From: Macrostomum lignano
Lineage: Eukaryota
DNA length: 64,000 nucleotides
Assembly (NCBI GenBank): GCA_002269645.1
Contig: NIVC01000736.1
Coordinates: forward strand, 248,001-312,000
Reading direction: 5' to 3'
Below the pieces are notes generated by a model, which worked only from the letters and a program-made list of their open reading frames with translations, had not been told where the DNA came from and ran no database searches. This document shows positions 49,977-62,177 of this stretch, piece by piece. Numbering within the stretch: position 1 is the stretch's first letter; the number at the start of each line of letters is the position of its first letter. Position numbers and translations under genes: made by a program.

Positions 49977-52900
49977 CTACCATTTACCCAAAGTTGCGTT
50001 AATTTTGCTTTAGGGTTTTTTTACATGTAAGTCACATTTTTGACCAAAAACTATATCAAATTTTTGTTAAAACTAAGTTGCACAGCCGACTGAATTTTGG
50101 AGGTTGCGCATGTATGACTGTGACATTTTTGGTATTTCAATTTTATAAGCAACTTTTTATAGGTTTTTTTAAATAAACCACACTCTGGATCATGTAGTAT
50201 ACACTCGAAAATTTGGATAGGCATTGGCCTTGTATACTAAAAGTAGGCATGCATAGTTGACATGCATCATTTCTAAGAAAATAGCATGTGTGCACACCTG
50301 GTGTGCACTTTTAAGAATCACAAGGAAGATTTATTGTTAAGTAGAAAAAAGATAACAAAAGTTCATTTTCTGAGTATAAATGTCAAGCTTTTGGGGTTTT
50401 TTAAGCTTGTAATAATGCATTTAAACAAATCTTTGCATGTATTGCTTTTTTGCTATAAATAGTATTGTTAAAAAGCAACCAATTTATTTGCCAAAATGGG
50501 TCCCTTATGCAATTCAAAAAGGTAATTTATTGTCATAGCACTAATGTAGTTTTGAGAATAGGCATGCACTCAATTTTATGGCATGTAATTGGCATGTAAT
50601 TTGGCATGCAATGGCATGTAATTATGGCATATTTTATGGCATTTGTAATTATTCAATTTTGGTTTGGGTATGCAACTAGCATGATATAGACAATGGCATA
50701 TACAGTTTTAAAAAATACCTAAAAAGAATTTTTATAGGCCTATTTCTTACCCTGAGGCCCTAATAAATATTAGGCTAGGCCTAGTATATCTATTTAGTCC
50801 AAAAAGGCAATAATATATGCATCAAGGGTAATTTTCCTCTTTTGTTCATTAAATTAATTTTTAGTTTGAATACAAACAATACTAACTTAAAATGACAAAA
50901 AACGATAACAGTATGTCATGGAAACCTAGTGTCCCAGGGCTCTTAATTATTCTTTTGCTAGCCGTACTAGCTGCCACCACAGTTGTTACAGGGGGGATTC
51001 TTGTGCACCTAGGATACCACTAAATGTCACCAAAGTTGTAATAAAGCTATTTCTCCTTAACAATTCTACTGGTTATTAATTGTCTTTCTACTGGTAGCGC
51101 ATGTACTTCTATTGGTAGCATATGTACTTCTATTGTGCTTTCTGGCCTGAGTGGTCTAATAGCACTGTCTATTCTAGTCCTATATTCCTTTAAAGATATT
51201 ATTCTCTCAGTCCTGGGCGTTCCCTGGATCAGAGGGTCACAGCTTATGCTCCTTTTTCTGCCCTGAGGCGATCTTCTCTCATTATGAGGCGGTTCTCCTG
51301 CCCTGAGGCGAATTTACTATAACTGCCCTGAGGCGATTGCTCGCTCTTAGCGGATCTTAATATTACTCCCGAGTTGGGGCTTCTACTCTAAGAAATGAAT
51401 AAGACACTGAACAATTTTCTTGTCAGTTTTTAGCTTTTGCTAAAGCACACGAACGAACAAGATGAACGAGTTGGGCGAGTTGTCCAAGTTAGTCCTCCTG
51501 GCCCGCTCAGCTTCTATTTATAGTAGAAATCATTACAGTTTATAACAAATATTAATCGCGAAAATATTTTTGCAACTCACCACATTTAAACAAAGTTTTT
51601 AGCGTGAATTTAAAATTGACTCTTCTAAGAAATATAGTAGACAGAAACAAGTAATTATAAGCGCCCTTCCTCACTAGCATTTAGAAAAACATGAAATTGA
51701 AATCGTGCCAAGGCAAGGAAAGTGAAGCAACAACTGGCTTTTAGCAATTGTCTATGGTTAAAACTGTAGGGATATCACTAGAAAACTAGAAAGGGGTATA
51801 AAGAAAATAATTTATAAATCTTTGTAAGTTTTTAGTCAGCTACTGCTAAAACCATACAATTATATTTAACAACATGGCTAGTTGCCCTGTAGCACCTACG
51901 TTTATAATACCCCCTGGGCAAGTGCGTCTTACACTAGAGCTGTGCAACATTAATTTTACAATGTGGGAGCTTGCCACTATCACAACAACACCTTGAGACA
52001 TTATCAACTGGATGGAAACATAGAACATACTATCTTATTTATTACAAACCAATGGTCTTGCTTGACTTGCCCTGGAGGTGGCACTAGCAATATAATTGCA
52101 CCACAAATGCAATTGCAATAGTGTAGGCCTATGGGTGACTAATTCTTGGATGGACTGGCATGAGCATGCACCAGCTATCATGCCTAGGTGTCAATTCAGA
52201 AAAACTCATTTTTTGAAGCTAGGCCTAGTCATCTTATGCTACTGCAGCAGCTAGATCTCATTTGGTGGTAGGCTAAAGGTAAAGCAAGGTGTGTCAATGA
52301 CAATGCAACATCAGTCATAATGCTATTGTCAACTGGCAAAAGTTCATCAGGGACATCTGTTCTTGTGGGACCTATAGTATTATACTATATATATCCTTGG
52401 TAATGCCAAAATACAATAGGCCTACCACAAAAAACCTAGCTATATGACCAGTTAGGCCTTGTCTAGGCCTAAGCTATGTAGAAGTTTTTTGTGACTCTAA
52501 AAATAGAAAAAACAAATTTCCAATTATTTTTTTATTAATTCAATGGCATTAGCATAGTTGGATGGTTATAACATAACATCAGGCTTAAGACAGATTTCTT
52601 ATTATTTGCACCTGATTAGGCAAGTGCAGTGGATATGGATAAATAACAGCCCAGGTGGGTAACAGCAACTTCATCTTCAGTAACAAATGAGAATGGCAGT
52701 GTATTAATTGATATGCTCCAAAAATGCAAACGAACTTTAGAGAAGGAAAGACAAAAAACTATTCACCACAGCATAGCCATACGATACGCATGTGTGTGTG
52801 TGTGTTTAAAAAATATTTTAACCGATTTATTTATAGCCCGGTGCGCCACATACATGAACCAGATACAATTTCTAATGCCAAATTATTGTGTATATTAGAA

Positions 52901-53312
52901 TCTCTGGGTTAGCGGCTTGAAATTAATTACTAACCATTTACTTTATTAATTTATTTATAACTTCAAATTCAATTTTTAGTAGTAGTAGTCGTAAGTTTGG
53001 CTCAGGCAAGAAGACTGTTTGGCCAATATATTTCAATGTATTCAATATTAATTCAAGACAAGAGTAGAATGGGAAATATTTATTTATGCATAACCACTTA
53101 TGACTTAGTACGATCGTTTTGCAATAATATGGTATTTGAAAAAGCGCCTAAATTTTTCTACGAAACTTTAAACGATATTTAACGACTAACGAAGCAAAAA
53201 GTATTTAAGTAAGGAATTAAAAGACAAGTATTGTATGAACTTGATGTATAGCAATTGGATTGATCCCGTAGGTGATATAAATAAGTTGGCGCCACTAGGG
53301 GAGTGCATAGAT

Positions 53313-55433
53313 GGTTTCCATGCATTTCGGTGCCCATGCTTTTCGGTGCCAGGCATTTCGGTGCCCCAGTTTGCTTTTCGGTGCCAAACTTGAATATGAC
53401 GCCAAATCAGTAATTGATAAGTTATATTAAGATATAAGGTATTATTTTCTCTGAAATCTGAAATAGCACAAAGCAGCTGCAAATTGTTATTGTAATAACT
53501 GGGTATAAGGCGTGCATAGAGGTAGTCATTTTGTTTTTGTCTCCATTTCGTTGATCAATACCATACAAATCTACATGTACATTGGGTGCAAAAAAATGAC
53601 AAGTATGGGCATTCAGTTGATACATTATGTACTTACTCGTCAGGGTTACTTCTGATAAAATTGGCAGATGGCACTTAAATTACTTTGTCACTGGATGCAA
53701 AGGAGTACATCTGCACTAATTCACTTAGCTGGATGTACAGAGAGGAGAGAGAGTCCTAGGCATCTACATTATAATAGGCCTATCTGCATGTCTGTTCTAA
53801 TATAGGCTTGTGTGATTCCTGTGATTCCTGATTAGTTATACTAAGTTTAATTATACGGATACTAGCTATATGTATAATGAATAACAACTGCGTTGAGTGC
53901 CACAGAGAAGTTCGTCCTCGACAAGAGGGTTTGCAGTGCGACAAGTGTCAACTGTGGCAGCACAGAATTTGTAAGACTGATATAAGTCGCGTGCGCTACA
54001 GGCAGCTGAAATTGCTTGACCATTTTGAGTGGTCATGCAATGCATGCAATGCAGCTATCGGTGAAGCTGCTGATGCCAATGAAGCTGCCAATGAAGCTGC
54101 CGATGCCGATGAAGCTGCCGATGCCGATGAAGCTGCCAATGAAGCTGCCGATGCCGATGAAGCTGCCAATGAAGCTACCGATGCCGATGAAGCTGCCGAT
54201 GAAGCTGCTGATGAAGGTGCTGGTGAAATCACTGATGCTGCTGATGCCGATGAAGCTGCCGATGCCGATGAAGCTGCCGATGAAGCTGCTGATGAAGGTG
54301 CTGGTGAAATCACTGATGCTGCTGATGCCGATGAAGCTGCCGATGCCGATGAAGCTGCCGATGAAGCTGCTGATGAAGGTGCTGGTGAAATCACTGATGC
54401 TGCTGATGCCGATGAAGCTGCCGATGCCGATGAAGCTGCCGATGCCGATGAAGCTGCCGATGAAGCTGCTGATGAAGGTGCTGGTGAAATCACTGATGCT
54501 GCTGATGCCGATGAAGCTGCCGATGCCGATGAAAGCTTCAAGCTTATCTTACAAGGGAGCATAAGAGGTGGAAATTTGATTGTGTCGTCAAGGTAAGTTT
54601 GGAAATTATTTAATTGAATTGGATGTTCCAACATGCAACTGCAATTACATGTAATCTGCATGCTAGCTATACTGTACTTACATGAGCTATTAGTTACGAT
54701 TGATTGTACAATGATTTCCCACTTTCACACTTTCACAATTGATTTCACACCTTCCTACAGAGCGGATGTTAGAAGGCATCGGAAGCGCCACCTTCTCTTA
54801 GCCACAGACTGCCAAATTAAGCTTTTGGAGAAGGCAACGACATGGTATGTGGATGGCACTTTTTTTTGGTCAGGCATCCTTTCACGCAGCTCTAGGGTAT
54901 TCATGCCTTCCTAAAGGATGAAGCGGGTGACTGCAATGTTAAACAGGTACATCGTGTACACGTGTACATATATCATAATGACTTCATGTCCCTTGAAATG
55001 CGCCACTTTACAAATGTATGTGTTACTCATACTACAGGTGCCGTTGGCGTTTGTCCTTATGTCCGGTCGAACTTCAAAGGACTATAAGTCCGTTCTTCGA
55101 GCCCTTCGAGGCATCCTGCCTGAGGCGAACCCATCAGGTTTTGTTATGGATTATAGTTTATGGATATGAATATGGATTATAGATTGAAAAAAAAATTAAT
55201 TCGGAAGACAAAAAATAAACTTGTTCAGTTATTCGGAATTGCCTTCGATTGAATCTAGAATAACATCATTGACTTTTAGCTTTATTCCATGTATTTGTTA
55301 AGCTGGGACCGAAAAGCAAAATGAGGCACCGAAAAGCAAACTGGGGCACCGAAATGCCTGGCACCGAAAAGCAAACTGGGGGCACCGAAATGCCTGGCAC
55401 CGAAAAGCACAGGAACCGAAAAGCGTGGATACC
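53313..55433 (+). mobile_element. Internally deleted Mutator-like (MULE) transposon with PHD-finger ORF
   Basis: Long TIRs starting GGTTTCCA/GGTATCCA with TTTCGGTGCC sub-repeats; near-TSD gcatagat / gcatatagat. MULE DDE fragments ATTWYVDGTF (about 54835-54865) and VPLAFVLMSGRTSKDYKSVL..FVMDY (55038-55155), frameshifted. Confidence 0.8.
53877..54592 (+). CDS. PHD-finger plus acidic Ala/Asp/Glu repeat exon of the MULE transposase gene (probably defective)
   Basis: CVECHREVRPRQEGLQCDKCQLWQHRIC..WSCNAC is a C4HC3 PHD finger; GTAAGT donor at 54593. Confidence 0.7.
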
Positions 55434-56534
55434 GCATATAGATGCTGGCAGGGAGACAGGATTTCAATAAAAATCTCTGGCTTAAGCCAAAAAAGTTCTG
55501 CAACGTCAAAGCGAAATGCATACAGGTATTGATCAGACAATAACAAAAATCAAATGTAAGGATTGTTGGCAATTATTATGCTTTAAAGAAGAATGATATA
55601 TTTTTTAAAGCAAATATAGGAGGAAATGACCAAAAATAGAGCGCTTAAAACAAAGTTTTAGGTAGCCATTAAGTGTTTGCGATTAGAGAATTTATGGTAC
55701 GAATGAACGCGTAAAGTGGAAGAAATTGCACCGGTATTTTTTTAACGAATAGAAGTAGGAACTTAATTGTAAGGAGGTATATTGTATCTCTTATCTTGTA
55801 TCTCTTATCATATATAGTTTCGATGCACCCATTGCTTTCAATTTTTTTACGAAGTCAAAGCGCGATTTTAAACAAATTGTGACATAGTTTTAATAAAAAA
55901 TTAAACCATAACTCGGTAAAAAAACTATTTGAAATGTCAACTATTAAACCAACTGCTAAACTCTAATACCATAAAATTGTCTTAACAGTCGTAAATCTGC
56001 TTTGTTAAGTTACTGAATTGGCTGTTATTGACCGAAAGTGGTCATTGTGTCATGCTGTACGCTCATTATTCCACGCTTAGGAATCATTATTTTAGGCTTC
56101 TAAAAATACATTCATGAGACAATGTGTTTGTGTATATGGTTTATACAAAACCATATACACAATCTATCATTATTTGTTAATACCGAAGTGAATTCATGAA
56201 TTGTATTCGCATGGTGCATTTATTCAACTAAGCTAATCAGATTAAGAACGTAGCATGCAATATCGTCTGAGTCTAGGTAAATGTAGGTTTATTTTAGTTC
56301 AGTATCAGTGTGTTTAAACAACAATTGGGAAAATTATAGCTCAAAAAGTAAATCTTAGTTCATCATATTCGTAAATGGTAAGATACTTAGAGCGACAAAT
56401 TTACAGTTCCTATAAAAATGGATTGAAGATAAAAAAGCTATAATCATAACACAGCTTTATAACATACATGTATGTATCAATGCATTCAAATTAGGCATTT
56501 TTGTAGGATTTGGAGTGAAACAGAGAGAAGAGAG

Positions 56535-57350
56535 TAGTAGTAGTAGAGACGCAGAGGACTCAAAGAGCCCTAGCGCAAAAGCGCTCGCGAAAAACTGAGG
56601 AGGGAAGGCGTATGGCCTCGCTGGGAGTAAGAGTAAAAGTTTCCATGAAGTCATGGTGCCGGCTCGTCCTCAGCGAAATCCCTCCTGAGGTGCGGTGCGG
56701 GTTGCCTTCTCCCCGTCTGTGCCTCCCGAGCACGTGTCCGAGGAGTCTCTGTCGTCGTCGTTGTCTGAGGATGTCGCTTAATCGGTGGGATGCCGATTTT
56801 CGCCATCAGAGCGCGGTTCGACAGGGTGCACGGGTTAGCGGATGTTGAGCGAGAAGCGCAGCAGAGCTCTATTCAAGGCCGCATTCAAGACTTCATCCCG
56901 GCTTGCAGTAGTGATGGGCACAGCCTCAAGAGCGTAGAAGATGGGCTCGGCTGCAGCTCGGAAGATGAGGATTTTGAGCTGGTCGTCCGTCGATGAGGCT
57001 AGGGAGGATCCCACTATAGGGAGGATCAGAGCAGGGGCGTTCGATGCCGACGAGTTAAGGACCTCAGTTTTTGGAACTGATTTTCAGGCCAACTCGCTCG
57101 CCTTCTTGACAGAGGCGGTGAGGGTGCGCTGAGCGGCTTCCGGGTCTCGGCAGGAGAGGGCGATGCCGTCAGCAAAAGCGAGGGCAGCGATCGTGACACC
57201 GGGGAAACGTCGGCTCCTGCGGCGTGCGACGACAAAACCGTCTTTCTTCTCGATCTCGCAGTGAAGGACGTAATCGAGCGCAACGATGAAGATGAAAGAG
57301 CGAGTGTCCCCTTGCAGGATGCCAGAGCTGGTGGAGAAGTCATTTGTGCG
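56535..57350 (-). mobile_element. Degenerate RTE-type LINE fragment (RT region), second subfamily
   Basis: TSSGILQGDT..ALAFADGIAL (RT domains 4-5), then QLKILIFRAAAEPI..QRLLGHV with frameshifts; possible (TAC)n tail at about 56535-56546. Confidence 0.7.
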
Positions 57351-57699
57351 ATTCTCGCGGAGCAGAACAAAAGCTTTGGTGTTACTAAATACATGTAGGT
57401 CTATAACCGCGCAGATACATGCAAGAGCTCGATCGAGGGACTCCGTAAGCGGCCAGAATAAGGGGATGACAGAGCGATCGATGATGTCAAGAGAAGAGAA
57501 GAGAGAAGAGAAGAGATAAGAGAGGGCAATCGTAGCAGTATGTAGCGTCATTGCGGTGTAGTGAGCAGAAGTCAATCGCTCTGCAGTGGTGGTTTTCATT
57601 GTTGCTTGAGCTAGCTCGTAGATGTACGCTCGTATATTCAATTTATAATTTACTGTACATGCACACTCTCCACTAGCAGTGTAAGCAAAAGCACATCGA

Positions 57700-58786
57700 G
57701 GAAGCAGGGATACGCCAGTCGATCCTAATTGTTATCTTCATAGATTTCAAGAAGGCATTCGACTCGGTCGTCAGCTCTGTGCTCCCAAAGGTGTTCCGTG
57801 CGTACAACGTGCCAGAGCAGCTGATTTCCGCCAATCATAACGATGTACCGTGATACGAAAGCGGCTGTTTCAACACCGGACGGGACTTCTTTGAGACATC
57901 CTCCGGCGTGCTTCAAGGAGATACGCTTGCGCCGTTCCTGTTCGTTCTGGTGCTTAACTGGGTGTTGCGGACCGCTCTTCCTATCAACGACGACGGCTTT
58001 CTGTTGCGGCGACGCGTGGGTCGACGTCAACCGGAGAGGCGGCTCAGCGTGCTTAGTTACGCCGACGATCTCGCCCTGCTGTCCTCAACTGTCGAGGGCG
58101 CTCAGCGACAACTGGACAAGCTAGTTGCTGTTGCAGCGAGTGTCGGCCTTGTGGTCAACACGCAGAAGACCGTCGTGCTCTGCGTGCCGGACGACATCAA
58201 GGCAGAGATTTTGTGCCGAGGCGCTGATGGACAGGCGACAGAGCTTCCGCGTTGTCAGCAGTTCGTCTACCTCGGCGGTCTGGTTCCCGGAGTCTGCGAG
58301 GATCTGCGGCGTCGCCGCGGGCTTGCCTGGGCTGCCTTTCGTTCTGAGGGCAGTCCTGCAGTCCGAGGCCTTACCTGACCGCCAGAGGGCGGCGTTATTC
58401 CAGGCGGTGATCGAGACCGTCCTGCTGTACAACGCCGAGACCTGGACGCTGACGGAGTCGCTGGAGCAACAAGTTGACGCAGCGCACGCTGGACTGCTGC
58501 GCGCCGCCTTCAAGATCGGCTACGAGCGAGTGACCAACACGGCTTTGTATCGCCGCGCCGGCCTGGTCCGTCCAAGCGACCTGTTGCGCCGTCGGCGACT
58601 CCAGCTGGCAGGCCACATCATCCGCACCGAGTCGTACTGCCCAGGTGCAGGAGGTGCTGCTGCTAACGTTGCACCGGCGGGGGCAGGCGCGCACTCGGCG
58701 TTTCGTCGACTGCCTGCTGGCTGACGCCGGCGCCTCGTATTCGGATGGCGGCATGGCGTTCATTCGCGACCTGGCCTTGAAGCTAA

Positions 58787-58825
<39 letters not shown>

Positions 58826-58826
58826 A
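57700..58826 (+). mobile_element. 5'-truncated RTE-type LINE with reverse-transcriptase fragments and (TTG)n tail
   Basis: IFIDFKKAFDSV, GVLQGDTLAPFLFVLVL, LSYADDLALL, FVYLGG, LLYNAETWTLT, LQLAGHIIR, with several frameshifts; (TTG)n at about 58787-58826. Confidence 0.9.
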
Positions 58827-59280
58827 AGCACAAATAGATCGCAAGTAAAACAAAATCCAATCCAATCCAATAAAACCTAACAATTATCATACACCACACT
58901 TTGTATTGTAGAAAACGATCATGATAACAAATATATACTAGGCCATGCGATTGCTTTGCACTTTGGTGTTGTTTTTTCGAGTCGAGTCGTGTCCGCGACC
59001 GGCCGGCAGGATGCTGGAACTACAGGATTATTTTTAAATAAATTAGTTTGTATTTAAAACATTTCACACTAAAAATGCTTCTAAATGGAACTCCCAGTTG
59101 GATGAAGAAGCGATCTGTAATGATGATTGGCTGTGCATTTTAGGAGTGGGTAATGGGAAATTATACTCAATTTCCCCAAAAGGTATATAAGGAACAAATC
59201 TGGAAAAATGTCTGCTTTAACTCCACCGGAAAGTCTCTTTCTAATAAGACGGAGAGCAGGCAGGAACCAACACATTGAAA

Positions 59281-59750
59281 ATGCTAAGAGTGCGTGCATT
59301 CATCCCAGCCCTGTTGTCAGCCTGCTTGCTCCTGTGTGCAATCAACATGACGGATGCTTGGCCACTCTGCCAGAACCCAATGGATGGTTCTGACATACTC
59401 GTAAGTTGCACCATAGATTTTCAGTAGTTATGGCATTATTAAATAAAAGAACATCCCGTTTGAAACTGTGAATCTCCACCCAATCGTATTTGCAGTTTTC
59501 CGCAGAGTTCAAAGCAGCTCTGCATAATCTGGACGGATGGCCAACCGAGGATCTGAATGACTCTTTGTTCGGCGATGCCGAGGCTCGTCGCCAGCTGACC
59601 AAGCCGTATTTCGCTATCGAAAAGCGCCGGTCGCAGAAGGCTGCAAAACAGCCACACAATGATTGGCTCGGCTGCTTCTACCACCCAATCGGCTGCTTTG
59701 GTCGCCACCCTGGGGCTATGAGGAGCTCCGACACAGATAAAAAAGAATGA
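59281..59750 (+). CDS. Allatostatin-C/somatostatin-type cyclic neuropeptide precursor, 2 exons (59281-59400, 59496-59750), 124 aa
   Basis: Signal peptide MLRVRAFIPALLSACLLLCAINMTDA; GTAAGT/ttgcag phase-0 intron; KRR cleavage site; CFYHPIGCF-G-R resembles the AstC core CYFNPISCF and carries an amidation Gly. Confidence 0.8.
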
Positions 59751-59945
59751 CAAGTTTTACACTCAAATACAATCGGGACTATCAGATACGAACGTCAGAA
59801 TGTGCCCCTGCTATTATTAATATTACCAAATAAACCATCGAATGGAAAAATATGTTTGGGCGAGGCTGCAGATTCTCGACGCAATAAAAAAAATATATAT
59901 AAATTGTGCTTTGAATATCTTTTTGTTTTACTTCATGTATGACAA

Positions 59946-60475
59946 TTCAAATGAAATAGCGCTGTCTCAAATGAAATGGCGCAGTCTCAAATGAAATGGC
60001 GCTGTCTCAAATGAAATGGCGCAGTCTCAAATGAAATGGCGCAGTCTCAAATGAAATGGCGCAGTCTCAAATGAAATGGCGCTGTCTCAAATGAAATGGC
60101 GCTGTCTCAAATGAAATGGCGCTGTCTCAAATGAAATGGCGCAGTCTCAAATGAAATGGCGCTGTCTCAAATGAAATAGCGCTGTCTCAAATGAAATGGC
60201 GCTGCCTCAAATGAAATGGCGCAGTCTCAAATGAAATGGCACAGTCTCAAATGAAATGGTACAGTCTCAAATAAAATGGCGCTGTCTCAAATGAAATGGC
60301 GCTGCCTCAAATGAAATGGCACAGTCTCAAATGAAATGGCACAGTCTCAAATGAAATGGCACAGTCTCAAATGAAATGGCACAGTCTCAAATAAAATGGC
60401 ACAGTCTCAAATGAAATGGCACAGTCTCAAATGAAATGGCACAGTCTCAAATAAAATGGCACTGTCTCAAATGAA
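59946..60475. repeat. 20-bp minisatellite (CTCAAATGAAATGGCGCAGT)n
   Basis: Direct reading. Confidence 0.95.
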
Positions 60476-60804
60476 ATTTCATTGCTTTCGAGTCACGATT
60501 TACACGTAGCGTCTCATTTTTGGAGCAATTAATCGAGACAAAAAATGAACAAAAACCCGCTAGCCTATGGGGCGCTGCAGAGCTGCTCCAGACTATGAAA
60601 ACAAGCGCAATACAGAGATAGATGCTCACCAGTCACACAATTTCAGATTTAGCTGAAGGCCCAGTTTTGTTTTTTAAAGCATTAACCAGATTAAAAATCT
60701 GCTTTTTATCTCCGAACATAAGCAAAATTTAGCCTCATATGTGATCGCGGAGTGCATGGCAGGAGGCAACAAATCGTCTGTTAAGTGCTAATAGAATGTG
60801 TGCA

Positions 60805-61127
60805 ACAATTGACTAGTCGGTGACAATTGACTGTCAGTGACAATTGACTGTCAGTGACAATTGACTGTCAGTGACAATTGACTGTCAGTGACAATTGACT
60901 GTCAGTGACAATTGACTGTCAGTGACAATTGACTGCCTGTGACAATTGACTGCCAGTGACAATTGACTGTCAGTGACAATTGACTGTCAGTGACAATTGA
61001 CTGTCAGTGACAATTGACTGCCAGTGACAATTGACTGTCAGTGACAATTGACTGCCAGTGACAATTGACTGCCAGTGACAATTGACTGCCAGTGACAATT
61101 GACTGTCAGTGACAATTGACTGTCAGC
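60805..61127. repeat. 17-bp minisatellite (GTCAGTGACAATTGACT)n, left arm of an inverted pair
   Basis: Direct reading. Confidence 0.95.
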
Positions 61128-61366
61128 ATAAATGCTCGTTAGAAACCACTGGAAGCGGCATTTATAGCTCCAGCCTCTTTGCAGCAACAAACTTGATAAA
61201 AAAATTCAAAACTCAAACGCATTTTTAAACTTCCCCCCAAGCTGGAGCTGTCGGTAATTTCTTGAATTTTCTAAAAAAAAACGTTGATTTCAAATACTTC
61301 GACTTCAGTCGGCGCATCCAGTTACTAATGGATCGATAAGCGGCTGCTGAGCGAGGCGGGCTGGGC

Positions 61367-61597
61367 TTACGCATCGGCGCTTTTGCGATTCGACACCGAG
61401 TTCGAGGGCGCCAAGGCGGCGCCGCCACCCTCCCCAGCCGGTGCAGCTCTGCAGTTCGCGCAGGCGGTCCCAGGAGGCCGGAAGCTGCTTGTCGAATTTC
61501 TTTCTTGATTTTTTGTCGCCCGTTTTTTCGCTAATCCCTTTGTCTCCTTCCAAATTCGGAGGCGGGTTCGAGTTTCGCCCATGGACCGCGCCGACAT
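61367..61597 (-). CDS. Possible first exon or short ORF of an unknown gene (MSARSMGETRTRL...)
   Basis: GC-rich ORF with an ATG near an AT-rich tract ending in ag, and a GTAAGC donor-like site at its end; no homology recognised. Confidence 0.25.
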   Translation of the reverse strand: MSARSMGETRTRLRIWKETKGLAKKRATKNQERNSTSSFRPPGTACANCRAAPAGEGGGAALAPSNSVSNRKSADA

Positions 61598-61737
61598 TCG
61601 AGTTTTTTTGCTAATTTTCGTTAAAAAATAGAAGCAATGTCTAGTGACGTAGCAGTCGCGTTCTGCAGTGCATGCACAATTTATTTTCAAGGCGAAAATT
61701 AACTAAAATGTGCACTGATGAGATACAAATTTTGTAA

Positions 61738-61957
61738 ACTGACAGTCAATTGTCACTGACAGTCAATTGTCACTGACAGTCAATTGTCACTGACAGTCAA
61801 TTGTCACTGACAGTCAATTGTCACTGACACTCAAATGTCACTGGCAGTCAATTGTCACTGACAGTCAATTGTCACTGACAGTCAATTGTCACTGGAAGTC
61901 AATTGTCACTGACAGTCAATTGTCACTGGCAGTCGATTGTCACTCCAAATTGTCACG
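61738..61957. repeat. 17-bp minisatellite (GACAGTCAATTGTCACT)n, right arm (inverted)
   Basis: Reverse complement of the 60805-61127 unit; a further remnant lies at 62105-62160. Confidence 0.95.
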
Positions 61958-62177
61958 CCAGTAGGGTACGTCATGCATGTTCTCGATGAGCACCGAGTGA
62001 ACTCCGCGACTGACCAGAGTGACCTGCGTGGGGGCAGGAGCGACTTTTTTGTTCTCAGGATCCTTTAAATCGATGATTTTACCCCGTCACTCTGTCACCC
62101 CGTCACTGGCAGTCAGTTGTCACTGACAGTCAATTGTCATTGGCAGTCAATTGTCACTTCCCACAAGAACAAAAGTT

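Noticed and set aside
57380-57659. Possible solo LTR (TGT...ACA) between RTE fragments
   Set aside because: No TSD found; cannot be supported without a repeat library.
59439-59753. 104-aa minus-strand ORF
   Set aside because: Antisense shadow of the neuropeptide exon, which has the better codon pattern, splice sites and motif.
60447-60629. Signal-peptide-like ORF MSIYLCIALVFIVW
   Set aside because: Starts at a GTG within a GTGAGC donor-like site, runs into a minisatellite and has no supporting exons.
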